This document shows, in pieces, positions 9,915 to 19,336 of a stretch of DNA of 64,000 bases. Position numbers and translations under genes: made by a program. Each line of letters opens with the position of its first letter. Within the stretch, counting starts at the first letter, position 1. The stretch lies in NCBI GenBank assembly GCA_002733995.1, contig NVXR01000010.1, positions 35,663 to 99,662 on the forward strand, in the 5' to 3' direction. Source of the DNA: Desulfotalea sp. (GTDB lineage: Bacteria > Desulfobacterota > Desulfobulbia > Desulfobulbales > Desulfocapsaceae). Under the pieces are notes generated by a model. The model did no database searches and was not told where the DNA came from. It saw only the letters and a list, made by a program, of their open reading frames with translations.

Positions 9915-12047
9915 ATGGCTAATAAATTGTATGTTGCGGGTACTGAACCCCGAACTGGTAAGTCTGCTGTTGTTTTGGGCTTAATGGAATTGTTGACACG
10001 AAATATCAAGAAAGTGGCGTTTTTTAGGCCCCTTGTTGACATCAGTGAATCCCCCGAGGCGATGGATAATACAATCAGCCTGATCAGGCATCATTATCAT
10101 CTCGATTATGATTATGATGAGATGTATGCCTATACAGTGAATGAGGCTAATCAGATGATCTCCATGGGGAAAACCGAGGAGCTTCATGAAGGTATTCTTG
10201 CAAAATTCAATAAATTGGCAGAAAAAGCGGACTTTGTTCTTTGTGAGGGCATTGAGCTTGAAGGCGCAACCGCTTCATTTGATTTCGATATAAACGTGGA
10301 GATCAGTAATAACCTGGGCTGTCCTGTGATGTTGGTGGCCGGTGGTCGTATGAAAACCATTGACGAGTTGATTCAGTCAATCAAGGTGTATTACGAATCT
10401 CTGCATGATAGAAGTTGTGATGTCGTCGGTACCATTGTTAATCGTGCTGATCCTTTGATGGCTGAAAGGATAAAGACAAGATTGGTTGAAGGTAAAATTG
10501 GCCAGGGTGTGCAGCACTTTTCCGTGATCCCCAATAACGAAAATCTTGGCAACCCTTCCATGGGGGAGGTCGCAAGATTGCTTAACGCCGAAATCCTCTA
10601 CGGTGAAGAGAACCTGACCCGTCACGTTCGTGGTTTCACCATTGCGGCCATGCAGTTGCGCAACCTGCTGGATCGCATTGAGTATGGCGCTCTGGTTATT
10701 ACCCCCGGTGACCGTTCCGATGTTATTCTTGCCTGTCTTGCGGCGGTTGAGTCTGCAACTATGCCTAATATCTCCGGTATCATGCTCACCGGTGGCCTTG
10801 TGCCTGAGGCGCCTATTCAAAAAGTTATTGAGGGATTCCACAATTCGATTCCCATTATTGCAGTGAATGAAAATACCTTTCAGGCAGCAATTCGCGTTGA
10901 TAATATCCACGCCACAATAACCCCAGATAATACCCGAAAAATTACCCAGGCACTGGCGGTGTTTGAGCGTCATATCGATATGGAAGCGCTCAGCGATAAA
11001 ATAATTAAGACCAAGACCACCATTGTTACCCCCAAAATGTTTGAATCACGACTGTTGCAGCGGGCAAAAAGCAATAAGCAGCACATCGTTCTGCCTGAAG
11101 GTGAAGATGACAGGATTCTTAAAGCCGCGGAGATACTTCTTCGTCGTGATGTGGTCGAGCTGACCATTTTAGGAAGACGAGACATGATCAATGAAAGGAT
11201 CAAAAATCTCGGCTTGCATCTTGAAAAGGCAAACTTTATTGAGCCGAGGTTGGCCGATGAGTTTGAAGATTATGTAAACACCTATTACGAACTGCGTAAA
11301 GCCAAAGGTATGACGAGGGACGGCGCCAGGGATATTATGGCTGATTTGAACTTCTTTGGTACTATGATGATCTACAAAGGTCACGCGGATGGTATGGTGT
11401 CCGGTGCCATTCATACTACAGCAGCGACTATACGCCCCGCCTTTCAGTTCATTAAGACCAAACCCGGTTGCTCCCTTGTTTCGTCGGTTTTTCTGATGTG
11501 TCTTAACGACCGTGTTCTCGCCTATGGCGATTGTGCCGTCAATCCTGACCCTACGGCTGAGCAACTTGCAGAAATCGCCATCAGTTCTGCTCAGACTGCG
11601 GCTCTTTTTGGTATTAAGCCTCTGGTTGCGATGCTTTCTTACTCCTCGGGTAATTCAGGAAAGGGACAGCAGGTTGAAAAAGTGAGAGCTGCCACGGATA
11701 TGGCTAAAGAAAGAGCAGTGGCTATGTATCCAGGCTTAGAGATAGAAGGGCCTATTCAGTATGATGCGGCGGTGGATCCAGGGGTTGCTCGAACCAAGAT
11801 GCCAGACAGTAAGGTTGCAGGTAAGGCCACTGTATTTGTTTTCCCGGATCTTAATACCGGAAATAACACCTATAAGGCTGTGCAAAGATCGGCCGGGGCA
11901 GTTGCTGTCGGGCCCATTCTGCAGGGTTTGAAAAAACCAGTGAATGATCTTAGCCGTGGTTGTCTGGTTCCTGATATTGTAAATACCGTCGCAATGACTG
12001 CGGTGCAGGCCCAGGCAGAAGCGGAACAGTTGGCAAAGAGTGCTTGA
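9915..12047 (+). CDS. pta: Phosphate acetyltransferase (long form with AAA/DRTGG N-terminus)
   Basis: GTEPRTGKS, ITPGDRSDVIL, IVLPEGEDDRIL, DLNTGNNTYKAVQR and PVNDLSRG motifs. Confidence 0.97.
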   Translation: MANKLYVAGTEPRTGKSAVVLGLMELLTRNIKKVAFFRPLVDISESPEAMDNTISLIRHHYHLDYDYDEMYAYTVNEANQMISMGKTEELHEGILAKFNKLAEKADFVLCEGIELEGATASFDFDINVEISNNLGCPVMLVAGGRMKTIDELIQSIKVYYESLHDRSCDVVGTIVNRADPLMAERIKTRLVEGKIGQGVQHFSVIPNNENLGNPSMGEVARLLNAEILYGEENLTRHVRGFTIAAMQLRNLLDRIEYGALVITPGDRSDVILACLAAVESATMPNISGIMLTGGLVPEAPIQKVIEGFHNSIPIIAVNENTFQAAIRVDNIHATITPDNTRKITQALAVFERHIDMEALSDKIIKTKTTIVTPKMFESRLLQRAKSNKQHIVLPEGEDDRILKAAEILLRRDVVELTILGRRDMINERIKNLGLHLEKANFIEPRLADEFEDYVNTYYELRKAKGMTRDGARDIMADLNFFGTMMIYKGHADGMVSGAIHTTAATIRPAFQFIKTKPGCSLVSSVFLMCLNDRVLAYGDCAVNPDPTAEQLAEIAISSAQTAALFGIKPLVAMLSYSSGNSGKGQQVEKVRAATDMAKERAVAMYPGLEIEGPIQYDAAVDPGVARTKMPDSKVAGKATVFVFPDLNTGNNTYKAVQRSAGAVAVGPILQGLKKPVNDLSRGCLVPDIVNTVAMTAVQAQAEAEQLAKSA

Positions 12048-12097
12048 ACTAAAAGGTTCATTAGTTAAAAGCCCCCTCAGTTATTAAGTGCTATAGG

Positions 12098-12138
12098 AAA
12101 AAAGGCCGGTGATCTTGCAAGATCATCGGCCTTTTTTT
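12098..12138. terminator. Bidirectional intrinsic terminator between convergent pta and hypB
   Basis: AAAAAA-GGCCGGTGATCT-TGCA-AGATCATCGGCC-TTTTTTT: 12-bp stem with one G.T pair, A-run and T-run flanks. Confidence 0.9.
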
Positions 12139-12154
12139 GTCGGTTTATTGCTTG

Positions 12155-12907
12155 TTATACGTTTTTCTGTGCCTTTTTGGCGGCAACGAGTTCTCGCAGA
12201 TAGTTGAGCCATGTCTCCATGCCTTCGCCGGTGGTGGAGGCCAGTTCCATTGTCCGGAGGTTTGGGTTCAAGCGCAGGGCATCACCCCTGGCTTCGGCAA
12301 CAGGGAAGTCAAAATAGGGGAGCAGGTCCGTTTTTGTTATCACAAATGTTTGTGAGCTGATAAACGCTTTTGGGTATTTGGATGGTTTATCCGGGCCTTC
12401 TGGTACCGAGACGAAGACCACACGCTCATGTTCTCCCAAATCAAAAGTAGCTGGACACACCAGGTTGCCAACATTTTCAATAAATAGAAGATCGATTTTA
12501 TCTCCACCCGGCTCTTTTTGCAGTCTGTGAAAGCCTTTGTGGGTCATTGCCGCGTCGAGATGGCAGGCTCCACCAGTTGTCAACTGAATGACTGGAACCC
12601 CTTTTGCCCGGATGCGTTCTGCATCTCGTTCTGTTTCGATATCACCTTCGATAACGGCTATGTTAATTTCACCCTTTAGGGCCTCAATAGTGTGCTCAAG
12701 CAGGGTGGTTTTGCCCGATCCGGGGCTACTGATGAGGTTAAGAGCGACGGCTCCAATTTCATCAAAATGTTCTCTGTTGACTCTTGCAAGTGCGTCGTTG
12801 GCCGCAAACAGACTCGCGTGGACGTCAATAGTCTTTGGATTGCTGTGATTGTGGGAATGGTCGTGGGTATGGTCAGAAGGACTAGGGCAACCGCATGTAT
12901 CACACAT
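12155..12907 (-). CDS. hypB: Hydrogenase nickel-incorporation GTPase HypB
   Basis: MCDTCGC N-terminus with His-rich stretch; SSPGSGKTT, GGACHLDA, ENVGNLVCPA and TKTDL motifs. Confidence 0.97.
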   Translation of the reverse strand: MCDTCGCPSPSDHTHDHSHNHSNPKTIDVHASLFAANDALARVNREHFDEIGAVALNLISSPGSGKTTLLEHTIEALKGEINIAVIEGDIETERDAERIRAKGVPVIQLTTGGACHLDAAMTHKGFHRLQKEPGGDKIDLLFIENVGNLVCPATFDLGEHERVVFVSVPEGPDKPSKYPKAFISSQTFVITKTDLLPYFDFPVAEARGDALRLNPNLRTMELASTTGEGMETWLNYLRELVAAKKAQKNV

Positions 12908-12988
12908 TGTATAACCTCATGGATAGAGAGACAGGAAGTAAAACCTGTTGGCTGTTTGATTTAAAAGTATTCTTTGGCTAAAAAATTG

Positions 12989-13336
12989 TTATTCCATTTC
13001 CACTTGGAGGAGGATTAAATCCTCTCCGCCTGTTGGGATGAGAAGTAGGTCCTTACATTTAGGACATTCTTCAGGTCTTGGTCCCGCAATAACTTCGACG
13101 TGGCCACATTCAGTGCACTTGTAGCTCACATCCGGGATTTTGACTATGAGTTTGGCGCCGCGAAGCATCTCGTCATCGGCGGAGAGGATCTCGAAGCCGA
13201 ATTGAAAAGAATCAAGGACGACCCCACACAGAGGACCAATTTCCATGGTGACACGGGTAATCTTCTGTGCTGAATTCTCATCGGCGAGATCTTTTAACTG
13301 CTGAAAGAGGCCCTGTACGAGCGATATTTCGTGCAT
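12989..13336 (-). CDS. hypA: Hydrogenase maturation nickel metallochaperone HypA
   Basis: MHEISL start; CTECG and CPKC zinc site. Confidence 0.96.
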   Translation of the reverse strand: MHEISLVQGLFQQLKDLADENSAQKITRVTMEIGPLCGVVLDSFQFGFEILSADDEMLRGAKLIVKIPDVSYKCTECGHVEVIAGPRPEECPKCKDLLLIPTGGEDLILLQVEME

Positions 13337-13357
13337 GATTTTACCAAGATGATAGGA

Positions 13358-13852
13358 CTATTGTTTTTTAGTATAGTTAATGCCTAGCTCTGTCAGTCGG
13401 TCCAGAAGCATTTCAGCAACCTCAACCTTCCGTTTTTCCAATATCTCTGAGAGCTCGATGCCTTCTTCAAGAACCTTGGGGATAACTGTGTAGAATTCTA
13501 TCTCGCCGGGCATGGCTCCGCGGAGTTTGGATACTTCCAATATCTCCAGTAGTCCAAGCTGATGTGGAGACATACGCAGTTGAAAATTACCGGCCTTCAC
13601 ATCATCGAGACCAAAGTAGTGAAAGGAACCGGGTTCACCCTCCATGTCAACAACATCGACGATAAAGACAAGATCACACTCTTCCAAAAATGGGGCCATG
13701 TAAATGCCGGCTGTACCAACGTCTTGAAGATCAACATTTTCTGGGAAATCATAATGCTTCTCAAGGTAGTGTACGACGTGGACTCCAAAACCTTCATCGG
13801 CCAGAATGTAATTTCCTACACCGGCAATGCCGATTTTTTTTTGTTTACTCAT
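13358..13852 (-). CDS. Hydrogenase maturation endopeptidase (HyaD/HybD family)
   Basis: GVGNYILADEGFGV, DVGT and SPHQLGL motifs. Confidence 0.94.
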   Translation of the reverse strand: MSKQKKIGIAGVGNYILADEGFGVHVVHYLEKHYDFPENVDLQDVGTAGIYMAPFLEECDLVFIVDVVDMEGEPGSFHYFGLDDVKAGNFQLRMSPHQLGLLEILEVSKLRGAMPGEIEFYTVIPKVLEEGIELSEILEKRKVEVAEMLLDRLTELGINYTKKQ

Positions 13853-13871
13853 AATAATATATAACCGTCCT

Positions 13872-14885
13872 TTAACAGATTCGGGGTAGGGGCATTCCGT
13901 GTAGTGGTGTTACTACCCTGGAGCCTCCAATTGGTGTATTTATAACAACTCTTCCGGCTTTTCCGGCTACAAGTTTACCTATAATGGCGGCCTCTTTTCC
14001 TTCCGGCATGGCTCGCATAATTTGCAGAGTTTCTTCCGCCTTGTCGCCGCTGACAATAACAAGACACTTGCCTTCATTGGCAAGATACAGAGGCTCAAGA
14101 CCGAGCAATTCACAGGCTGCATTGACCTGGGGTCTTACCGGCAGGGCTTCGGCGATGAGTTCGATGGCGAGTCCACTGTTTTCGGCAATTTCATTTAAGG
14201 TGGAGGCCACCCCGCCGCGGGTGGGATCTCTTAGGGTATGAATAGCATCCGGCATTTCTTTAAGCAAGGTGGCAACTAATCTGTGCAGGGCCATGGTATC
14301 GCTTCTAAGGTCTCCCTGGACTGCAATGCCTGCTCTTCTGGTCATAATGGTAATACCATGATCGCCCATGGTGCCAGAAAGAATGATAGCATCACCTTCT
14401 TTTGCGTATTTTGAGGAGATATCGACACCGTCAGGGACAAAACCAATGCCAGAGGTGTTGATAAAGATCTTATCACCCTTCCCTTTGGGTACAACCTTGG
14501 TGTCTCCTGTTACTATAAATACCCCAGCTTCTTTGCACGCTTCTGCAATGGAGATGATGACTCTTTCAAGTTCTTCAAAGAGCAATCCTTCTTCGAGGAT
14601 TAATCCCAATGAGAGGGCGTGGGGTTGGGCCCCCCGCATGGCAAGATCGTTGATGGTGCCGTGGACTGCTAGTTTGCCGATGTCACCGCCTGGAAAAAAT
14701 ATAGGATCGACCACATAACTATCCGTGGTAAATGCAATTCTGCCGCCATGGTTTTGGAGAATGGCACTATCTTCAAGGCTATTGAGAATCGGGTTGTCGA
14801 GATGTTTGAGGAACATTGTAGTAATCAGATCCTGGCTGGCAACACCACCGCTGCCGTGATCAAGTAATATCATTTTTTTGGACAT
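13872..14885 (-). CDS. hypE: Hydrogenase carbamoyl dehydratase HypE
   Basis: HGSGG, TTDSYVVDPIFFPGGDIG, LRDPTRGG and C-terminal PRIC. Confidence 0.98.
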   Translation of the reverse strand: MSKKMILLDHGSGGVASQDLITTMFLKHLDNPILNSLEDSAILQNHGGRIAFTTDSYVVDPIFFPGGDIGKLAVHGTINDLAMRGAQPHALSLGLILEEGLLFEELERVIISIAEACKEAGVFIVTGDTKVVPKGKGDKIFINTSGIGFVPDGVDISSKYAKEGDAIILSGTMGDHGITIMTRRAGIAVQGDLRSDTMALHRLVATLLKEMPDAIHTLRDPTRGGVASTLNEIAENSGLAIELIAEALPVRPQVNAACELLGLEPLYLANEGKCLVIVSGDKAEETLQIMRAMPEGKEAAIIGKLVAGKAGRVVINTPIGGSRVVTPLHGMPLPRIC

Positions 14886-14949
14886 TTGTTAAAAAACCTC
14901 TGGCTTAGATCAATTTTGTTTTTGGATGTGATAAGCGATGGGCCATTAT

Positions 14950-16038
14950 TTACTCGTCGCGTCCATATTTATGATATGCGGAACAAGTGCCCTCGCTTGA
15001 GACCATGCAGGGACCAATTGGAGTGGCTGGAGTGCAGCCTCTGTCAAAGAGGGGGCATTCATTTGGGGTCTGCTTACCTTTGAGTATTTCTCCGCAAAGA
15101 CAACCTCTGGGTTCTTTTGATTTTGGTAAGACGATATCAAGACGAACTTCAGCGTCGAAATCCCTGTAGGCAGCCCTTATTTTAAGACCACTCTGGGGGA
15201 TGATGCCGAGCCCTCTCCAGTCCATGTCGACCGGTTCAAATATTTCTTCAACCATTTTGGTCGCCCGTTCATTCCGCTCCCAAGAAACAGCTCGGGGATA
15301 AACGTTTTCCACCTTAATATCGCCGCTGCCAACTTGACGGGCTAAAAGAATAAGTGCCTTGAGCAGATCGGCCGTTTCAAAACCACCAACAACGCAGGCA
15401 AGATTATATTTTTTTGCCATAGGTTCCCAGGCACCAGCGCCAATTATAGTGGAAACGTGGCCAGGGCAGAGTAGACCGTCAATTTTTAAATCCGGATCAT
15501 TAAGAAGTGCCTCCATGGGAGCAGGCATGGTCTTTTGGGTCGAGAATACACAGAAATTGGTAACCTTCTGGTTTTTAGCGGCTAGGATTGTGGCTGCGAT
15601 TCCCGGGGTCGTTGTTTCAAAACCGACGCCAAGAAAAACGATTAACTCATCGGGGTTATTTTTGGCAATATCAAGGGCATCCATAGGGGAGTAGACGATG
15701 TCAACCTTCGCCCCCCGTGAACTGGCTTCAGCAAGAGATCCCGTTGAGCCCGGGACCCTGAAAAGATCTCCGAAAATGGTGACATGGACGCCGGGGATAT
15801 CCGCCATGGCAATGAAGGCATCCATATGGGACGCAGAAGTGACACACACAGGGCAGCCAGGACCTGAGACAAGTTTCATCCCTTGGGGTAGAATAGAACG
15901 CAGGCCATTGCGAAATATCGCCATGGTATGGGAGCCGCACACCTCCATCACAGTGAGGGGTTTCGTTACTGTATTTTGCAGCTCTTTGACCAGTGGTAAT
16001 GCCAGACTGCTGTCACGGTATTCATCCAAATGTTTCAT
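14950..16038 (-). CDS. hypD: Hydrogenase maturation protein HypD
   Basis: MEVCGSHT, GPGCPVC, PGHVS and GPCMVSSEGTC motifs. Confidence 0.98.
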   Translation of the reverse strand: MKHLDEYRDSSLALPLVKELQNTVTKPLTVMEVCGSHTMAIFRNGLRSILPQGMKLVSGPGCPVCVTSASHMDAFIAMADIPGVHVTIFGDLFRVPGSTGSLAEASSRGAKVDIVYSPMDALDIAKNNPDELIVFLGVGFETTTPGIAATILAAKNQKVTNFCVFSTQKTMPAPMEALLNDPDLKIDGLLCPGHVSTIIGAGAWEPMAKKYNLACVVGGFETADLLKALILLARQVGSGDIKVENVYPRAVSWERNERATKMVEEIFEPVDMDWRGLGIIPQSGLKIRAAYRDFDAEVRLDIVLPKSKEPRGCLCGEILKGKQTPNECPLFDRGCTPATPIGPCMVSSEGTCSAYHKYGRDE

Positions 16039-16049
16039 GGTGTACCTTA

Positions 16050-16313
16050 TTAAGAAAGCAGTTCTTCAGGCGTATTATCTGCCAGTTCCTGGAGTAAAGA
16101 AATATTTTTCAACGCCTCTTCTTCTACAAGAGAATGGATTGCAAAGCCGGCGTGAATTATGACATAGTCGCCAACCTTGGGCCAGTAGTCCACAACATCG
16201 AGGCGAACATCGCGGCTAATGCCATCGGCATCAACCGTTGCAAGCTGGTTTGAGGTGAAGTCGTCGGGGTTACCTTGGACGGCTGTTACTTTCATTGGAA
16301 TTGCGAGACACAT
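16050..16313 (-). CDS. hypC: Hydrogenase maturation chaperone HypC
   Basis: MCLAIP start; GDYVIIHAGFAI. Confidence 0.97.
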   Translation of the reverse strand: MCLAIPMKVTAVQGNPDDFTSNQLATVDADGISRDVRLDVVDYWPKVGDYVIIHAGFAIHSLVEEEALKNISLLQELADNTPEELLS

Positions 16314-18657
16314 GGTGCAGACCTCCTATTATTGCCTGACCTATGGAAATGGCACCGTCATTTATTGGCAGCACATTTCCTGTAAAAACCTGTAGGTTTT
16401 TGAGTTTGAGTAAAGAAAAAAATCCTTCAAGTAGCAGGCTGTTTTGCATACAGCCGCCGCAAAGCACAACTTGTTGAATTCCTGTCTCTTTTGCTATACA
16501 TGCAACAAGTTGACCCACGCTTTGGATGAGCATGAGATGAAAATCGAGCGCAATTGAAGAGTAGTGACGTCTTGCCCGGATCCCATCAACCACCATTTTA
16601 ACAAATTCTACTGAACTAATCTCCCATTTTCCTTTGTTGAAATGTAGAGAGTTGCAGTAGGAGGTGTGCGAGTTATGCGTTATCTTATCGAGCCAGTCGC
16701 TGGTCTTGGTGATTTTGGCCAAGGTTTCCAGTTCCATGGCTGCCTGACCTTCGTAACTGATTGTTTGTCGAAGGCCAAGCAGGCTAGCAACCGCATCAAA
16801 TAATCTTCCGCAACTGGAGGTCGGAGGAGAGTTGAAGGAATTCTCGAGCATTGAACATATGACGTCGATTGCTCCTCCATCGATATCCCGAAGGGTAGCT
16901 GGTAGGTTGGCGGCGCTGAGGCCTTCTTTGCCAAATGTCGCATACAGAGCCGAGAGGCCCATACGCCAGGGTTCCGTTGCCGCTGCATCTCCCCCCGGTA
17001 GAGCCAGATGACTTAAAGACCCAAGTCGTTGGTAATCGGTAAGACTTGTTTTGAGTATTTCTCCACCCCAAAGGGTACCATCGTTCCCAAGTCCTATTCC
17101 ATCGAGGACAATGGCGAGGACAGGCTCTGTCAGGTTATGTTCGACCATGACGGCAACTGCGTGGGCGTGGTGATGCTGGACCCTGTAGACAGGTAGTCCG
17201 AGGCTTATGCCATATCTGCTCGATGGGTAGTCAGGATGCAGATCGCAGGCAACGGCTTCCGGCACGATTTGGTATAACTTTTCAAAGTGTTCTATGGATT
17301 CCTGATAAAAATCTGCTGTTTCAACATTGTCGAGGTTACCAATATGCTGGCTAGGAAAAATGTTGTTGCCCTTGGCAAGGCTAAAGGTATTTTTTAGGCC
17401 AGCTCCGCAACCAAGGATCTGTGGCAGTTGTAGCTTTGTGTGTAGTTTTGCTGGGGCGTATCCCCGGGCTCTGCGAAGGATCAGAGTTGATTCTCCGGCG
17501 GTTTTTACCACCGAGTCATCCACCCTCGTCAAAATCTCTCTATTGTGAAGAAGAAAATAGTCAGCCAGTTCGCTAAGGTGGCTGAGCGCATCATCGTTTT
17601 TGGTGCAGATGGGGGAGCCACTGTGATTCCCAGAGGTCATGACCAGCGCCCTAGGGCAATTTTCCTGCGCAAACATGAGATGGTGCAGGGGGGTGTAGGG
17701 GAGCATGACCCCGAGTTCTTCTATTCCTGGAGAAATATTATCCGCAAGGACCCCCGTTCGTTTTCGCTTGAGAAGTACGATGGGGTGCTCAAACGACAAC
17801 AGGAGTTCTGCTTCGCGGTGGTCGATGTGACACAGTGTTTTTGCCGTGTCCACGTTTGCCACCATGATGGCAAGGGGTTTGTCTGGTCTGTTTTTTCGTT
17901 GTCGAAGTTTGCTGACGGCATCAATTGAACAACCATTTACACAGAGGTGAAATCCACCAAGGCCGCGGATTGCGACGATATGATCCGTTGCCAGGGCGTT
18001 TACGGTTGCAGCAATTGGCGAGACTTCAGTGATGAGACTGCCATCGCTACTATGGAAGCTAATCTGTGGTCCACAGGTTGAACAGGCGTTTGGCTGGGCG
18101 TGAAATCTACGGTTTGTCGGGTCATTATATTCCTTAGTACAGGCCGCACACATAGGGAAAACCTTCATCGAGGTTTTGGGTCTGTCATAGGGAATACTTT
18201 CTATTATCGTATATCGAGGACCGCAGTTTGTGCAGTTGATAAACGGATAGAGAAATCTGCGATTCGTGGGATCGAACAGTTCGTTAAGGCAGTCACTACA
18301 AAGATTGATATCCGGGGGAATGGCGGTATTGGCAATGTGTTGGCTCGTACTGTTCAGAATGCGAAATTTTGTACTGTTGTCCTGCTCTAGTTTTGGCGGT
18401 TTACTTTTGATTTCAATGGAATCAATGCTGGCAATTGGTGGAGCTTCTGCTCGTATTGCCTCTGTAAAATTGGCCAGCAGTTTAGCGTCACCTTGGGCAT
18501 CGATTATAACGCCTGCACCGGTATTGATGACACTCCCCGAAATAGTGAGGCGAGCGGCTAAGTTGTAGATAAAAGGTCGAAATCCTACGCCCTGGACAGT
18601 GCCCTGGACGAGGATTTCGACTCTACATTGTTTATGATTTATGGGTAAACTTGACAC
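16270..18657 (-). CDS. hypF: Carbamoyltransferase HypF
   Basis: GTVQGVGFRPF acylphosphatase domain; CSDC/CTNCGPR and CAAC/CSTCGP zinc fingers; QHHHAH; NDGAISIGQA. No in-frame ATG near the domain start, so GTG at 18657 is chosen; it overlaps the cytochrome b gene. Confidence 0.95.
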   Translation of the reverse strand: MSSLPINHKQCRVEILVQGTVQGVGFRPFIYNLAARLTISGSVINTGAGVIIDAQGDAKLLANFTEAIRAEAPPIASIDSIEIKSKPPKLEQDNSTKFRILNSTSQHIANTAIPPDINLCSDCLNELFDPTNRRFLYPFINCTNCGPRYTIIESIPYDRPKTSMKVFPMCAACTKEYNDPTNRRFHAQPNACSTCGPQISFHSSDGSLITEVSPIAATVNALATDHIVAIRGLGGFHLCVNGCSIDAVSKLRQRKNRPDKPLAIMVANVDTAKTLCHIDHREAELLLSFEHPIVLLKRKRTGVLADNISPGIEELGVMLPYTPLHHLMFAQENCPRALVMTSGNHSGSPICTKNDDALSHLSELADYFLLHNREILTRVDDSVVKTAGESTLILRRARGYAPAKLHTKLQLPQILGCGAGLKNTFSLAKGNNIFPSQHIGNLDNVETADFYQESIEHFEKLYQIVPEAVACDLHPDYPSSRYGISLGLPVYRVQHHHAHAVAVMVEHNLTEPVLAIVLDGIGLGNDGTLWGGEILKTSLTDYQRLGSLSHLALPGGDAAATEPWRMGLSALYATFGKEGLSAANLPATLRDIDGGAIDVICSMLENSFNSPPTSSCGRLFDAVASLLGLRQTISYEGQAAMELETLAKITKTSDWLDKITHNSHTSYCNSLHFNKGKWEISSVEFVKMVVDGIRARRHYSSIALDFHLMLIQSVGQLVACIAKETGIQQVVLCGGCMQNSLLLEGFFSLLKLKNLQVFTGNVLPINDGAISIGQAIIGGLHHVSRNSNESNSRPR

Positions 18658-19276
18658 CGGTAAATATAGAGGAGATAACGCCCTCTGGTGATTTGACGTC
18701 GTTCCATATACAGAGATAGATATGGATGACGACAAAGATCATAAACCACCACATAAGTATGTGATGTAAAAAGCGAGCCGACTGCTGGCTGCCAAAAAGC
18801 ATCAGGCCCCATCCCTGCCAAAAAGGAATCTCAGGAAAGAGCATAAAAAAGCCACTACAGATCATCGTGATAGCGACGAAAAAGGTGAACAGGTAGGTCA
18901 GTCCAGCCAGGATGTTATGGCCGAGGCGTTCATCGTGTTTATCGCTAATGTAACAATACTGAAGAAGCGTCACTATCAGGTTGTTAATATTTCTCTTGGT
19001 AATAGGGAGCACATCTATAACTTTCTCCTGTGCATTGCCAAAAATGTAGAGAAAAGACCTGATCAGGACAGCCCCTGAAAAAGTGTACGCAGCAATGAAG
19101 TGGATATAGCGCATCATTGCCATGGGGAAGCTCGCGCTTCCTTCAATCATGGTGTTGCTCCACGGATTGTTGATGTAGAAACCCGTTACTACCAAAAAAA
19201 CGATAGAGAGAGCAAACATCCAGTGGAACAGCCGGAGTAGTACACTCCAGCACTGTTGTTTTTCAAATGTTGCCAT
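18632..19276 (-). CDS. Ni/Fe-hydrogenase b-type cytochrome subunit (HyaC/HupC family)
   Basis: RLFHW, RYIHF, GHNILA and RFLHH...IHIY haem-ligand histidines; four hydrophobic helices. Confidence 0.93.
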   Translation of the reverse strand: MATFEKQQCWSVLLRLFHWMFALSIVFLVVTGFYINNPWSNTMIEGSASFPMAMMRYIHFIAAYTFSGAVLIRSFLYIFGNAQEKVIDVLPITKRNINNLIVTLLQYCYISDKHDERLGHNILAGLTYLFTFFVAITMICSGFFMLFPEIPFWQGWGLMLFGSQQSARFLHHILMWWFMIFVVIHIYLCIWNDVKSPEGVISSIFTGVKFTHKS

Positions 19277-19336
19277 TCTAGTTACCTCCTACGGTATGAA
19301 CCGGAAAGAAAAGATTTTGTTAATGTAAACACGTCG

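Noticed and set aside
18658-18735. Longer HypF N-terminus from the ORF track
   Set aside because: It overlaps the cytochrome b coding region extensively; GTG at 18657 just before the acylphosphatase domain is more plausible.
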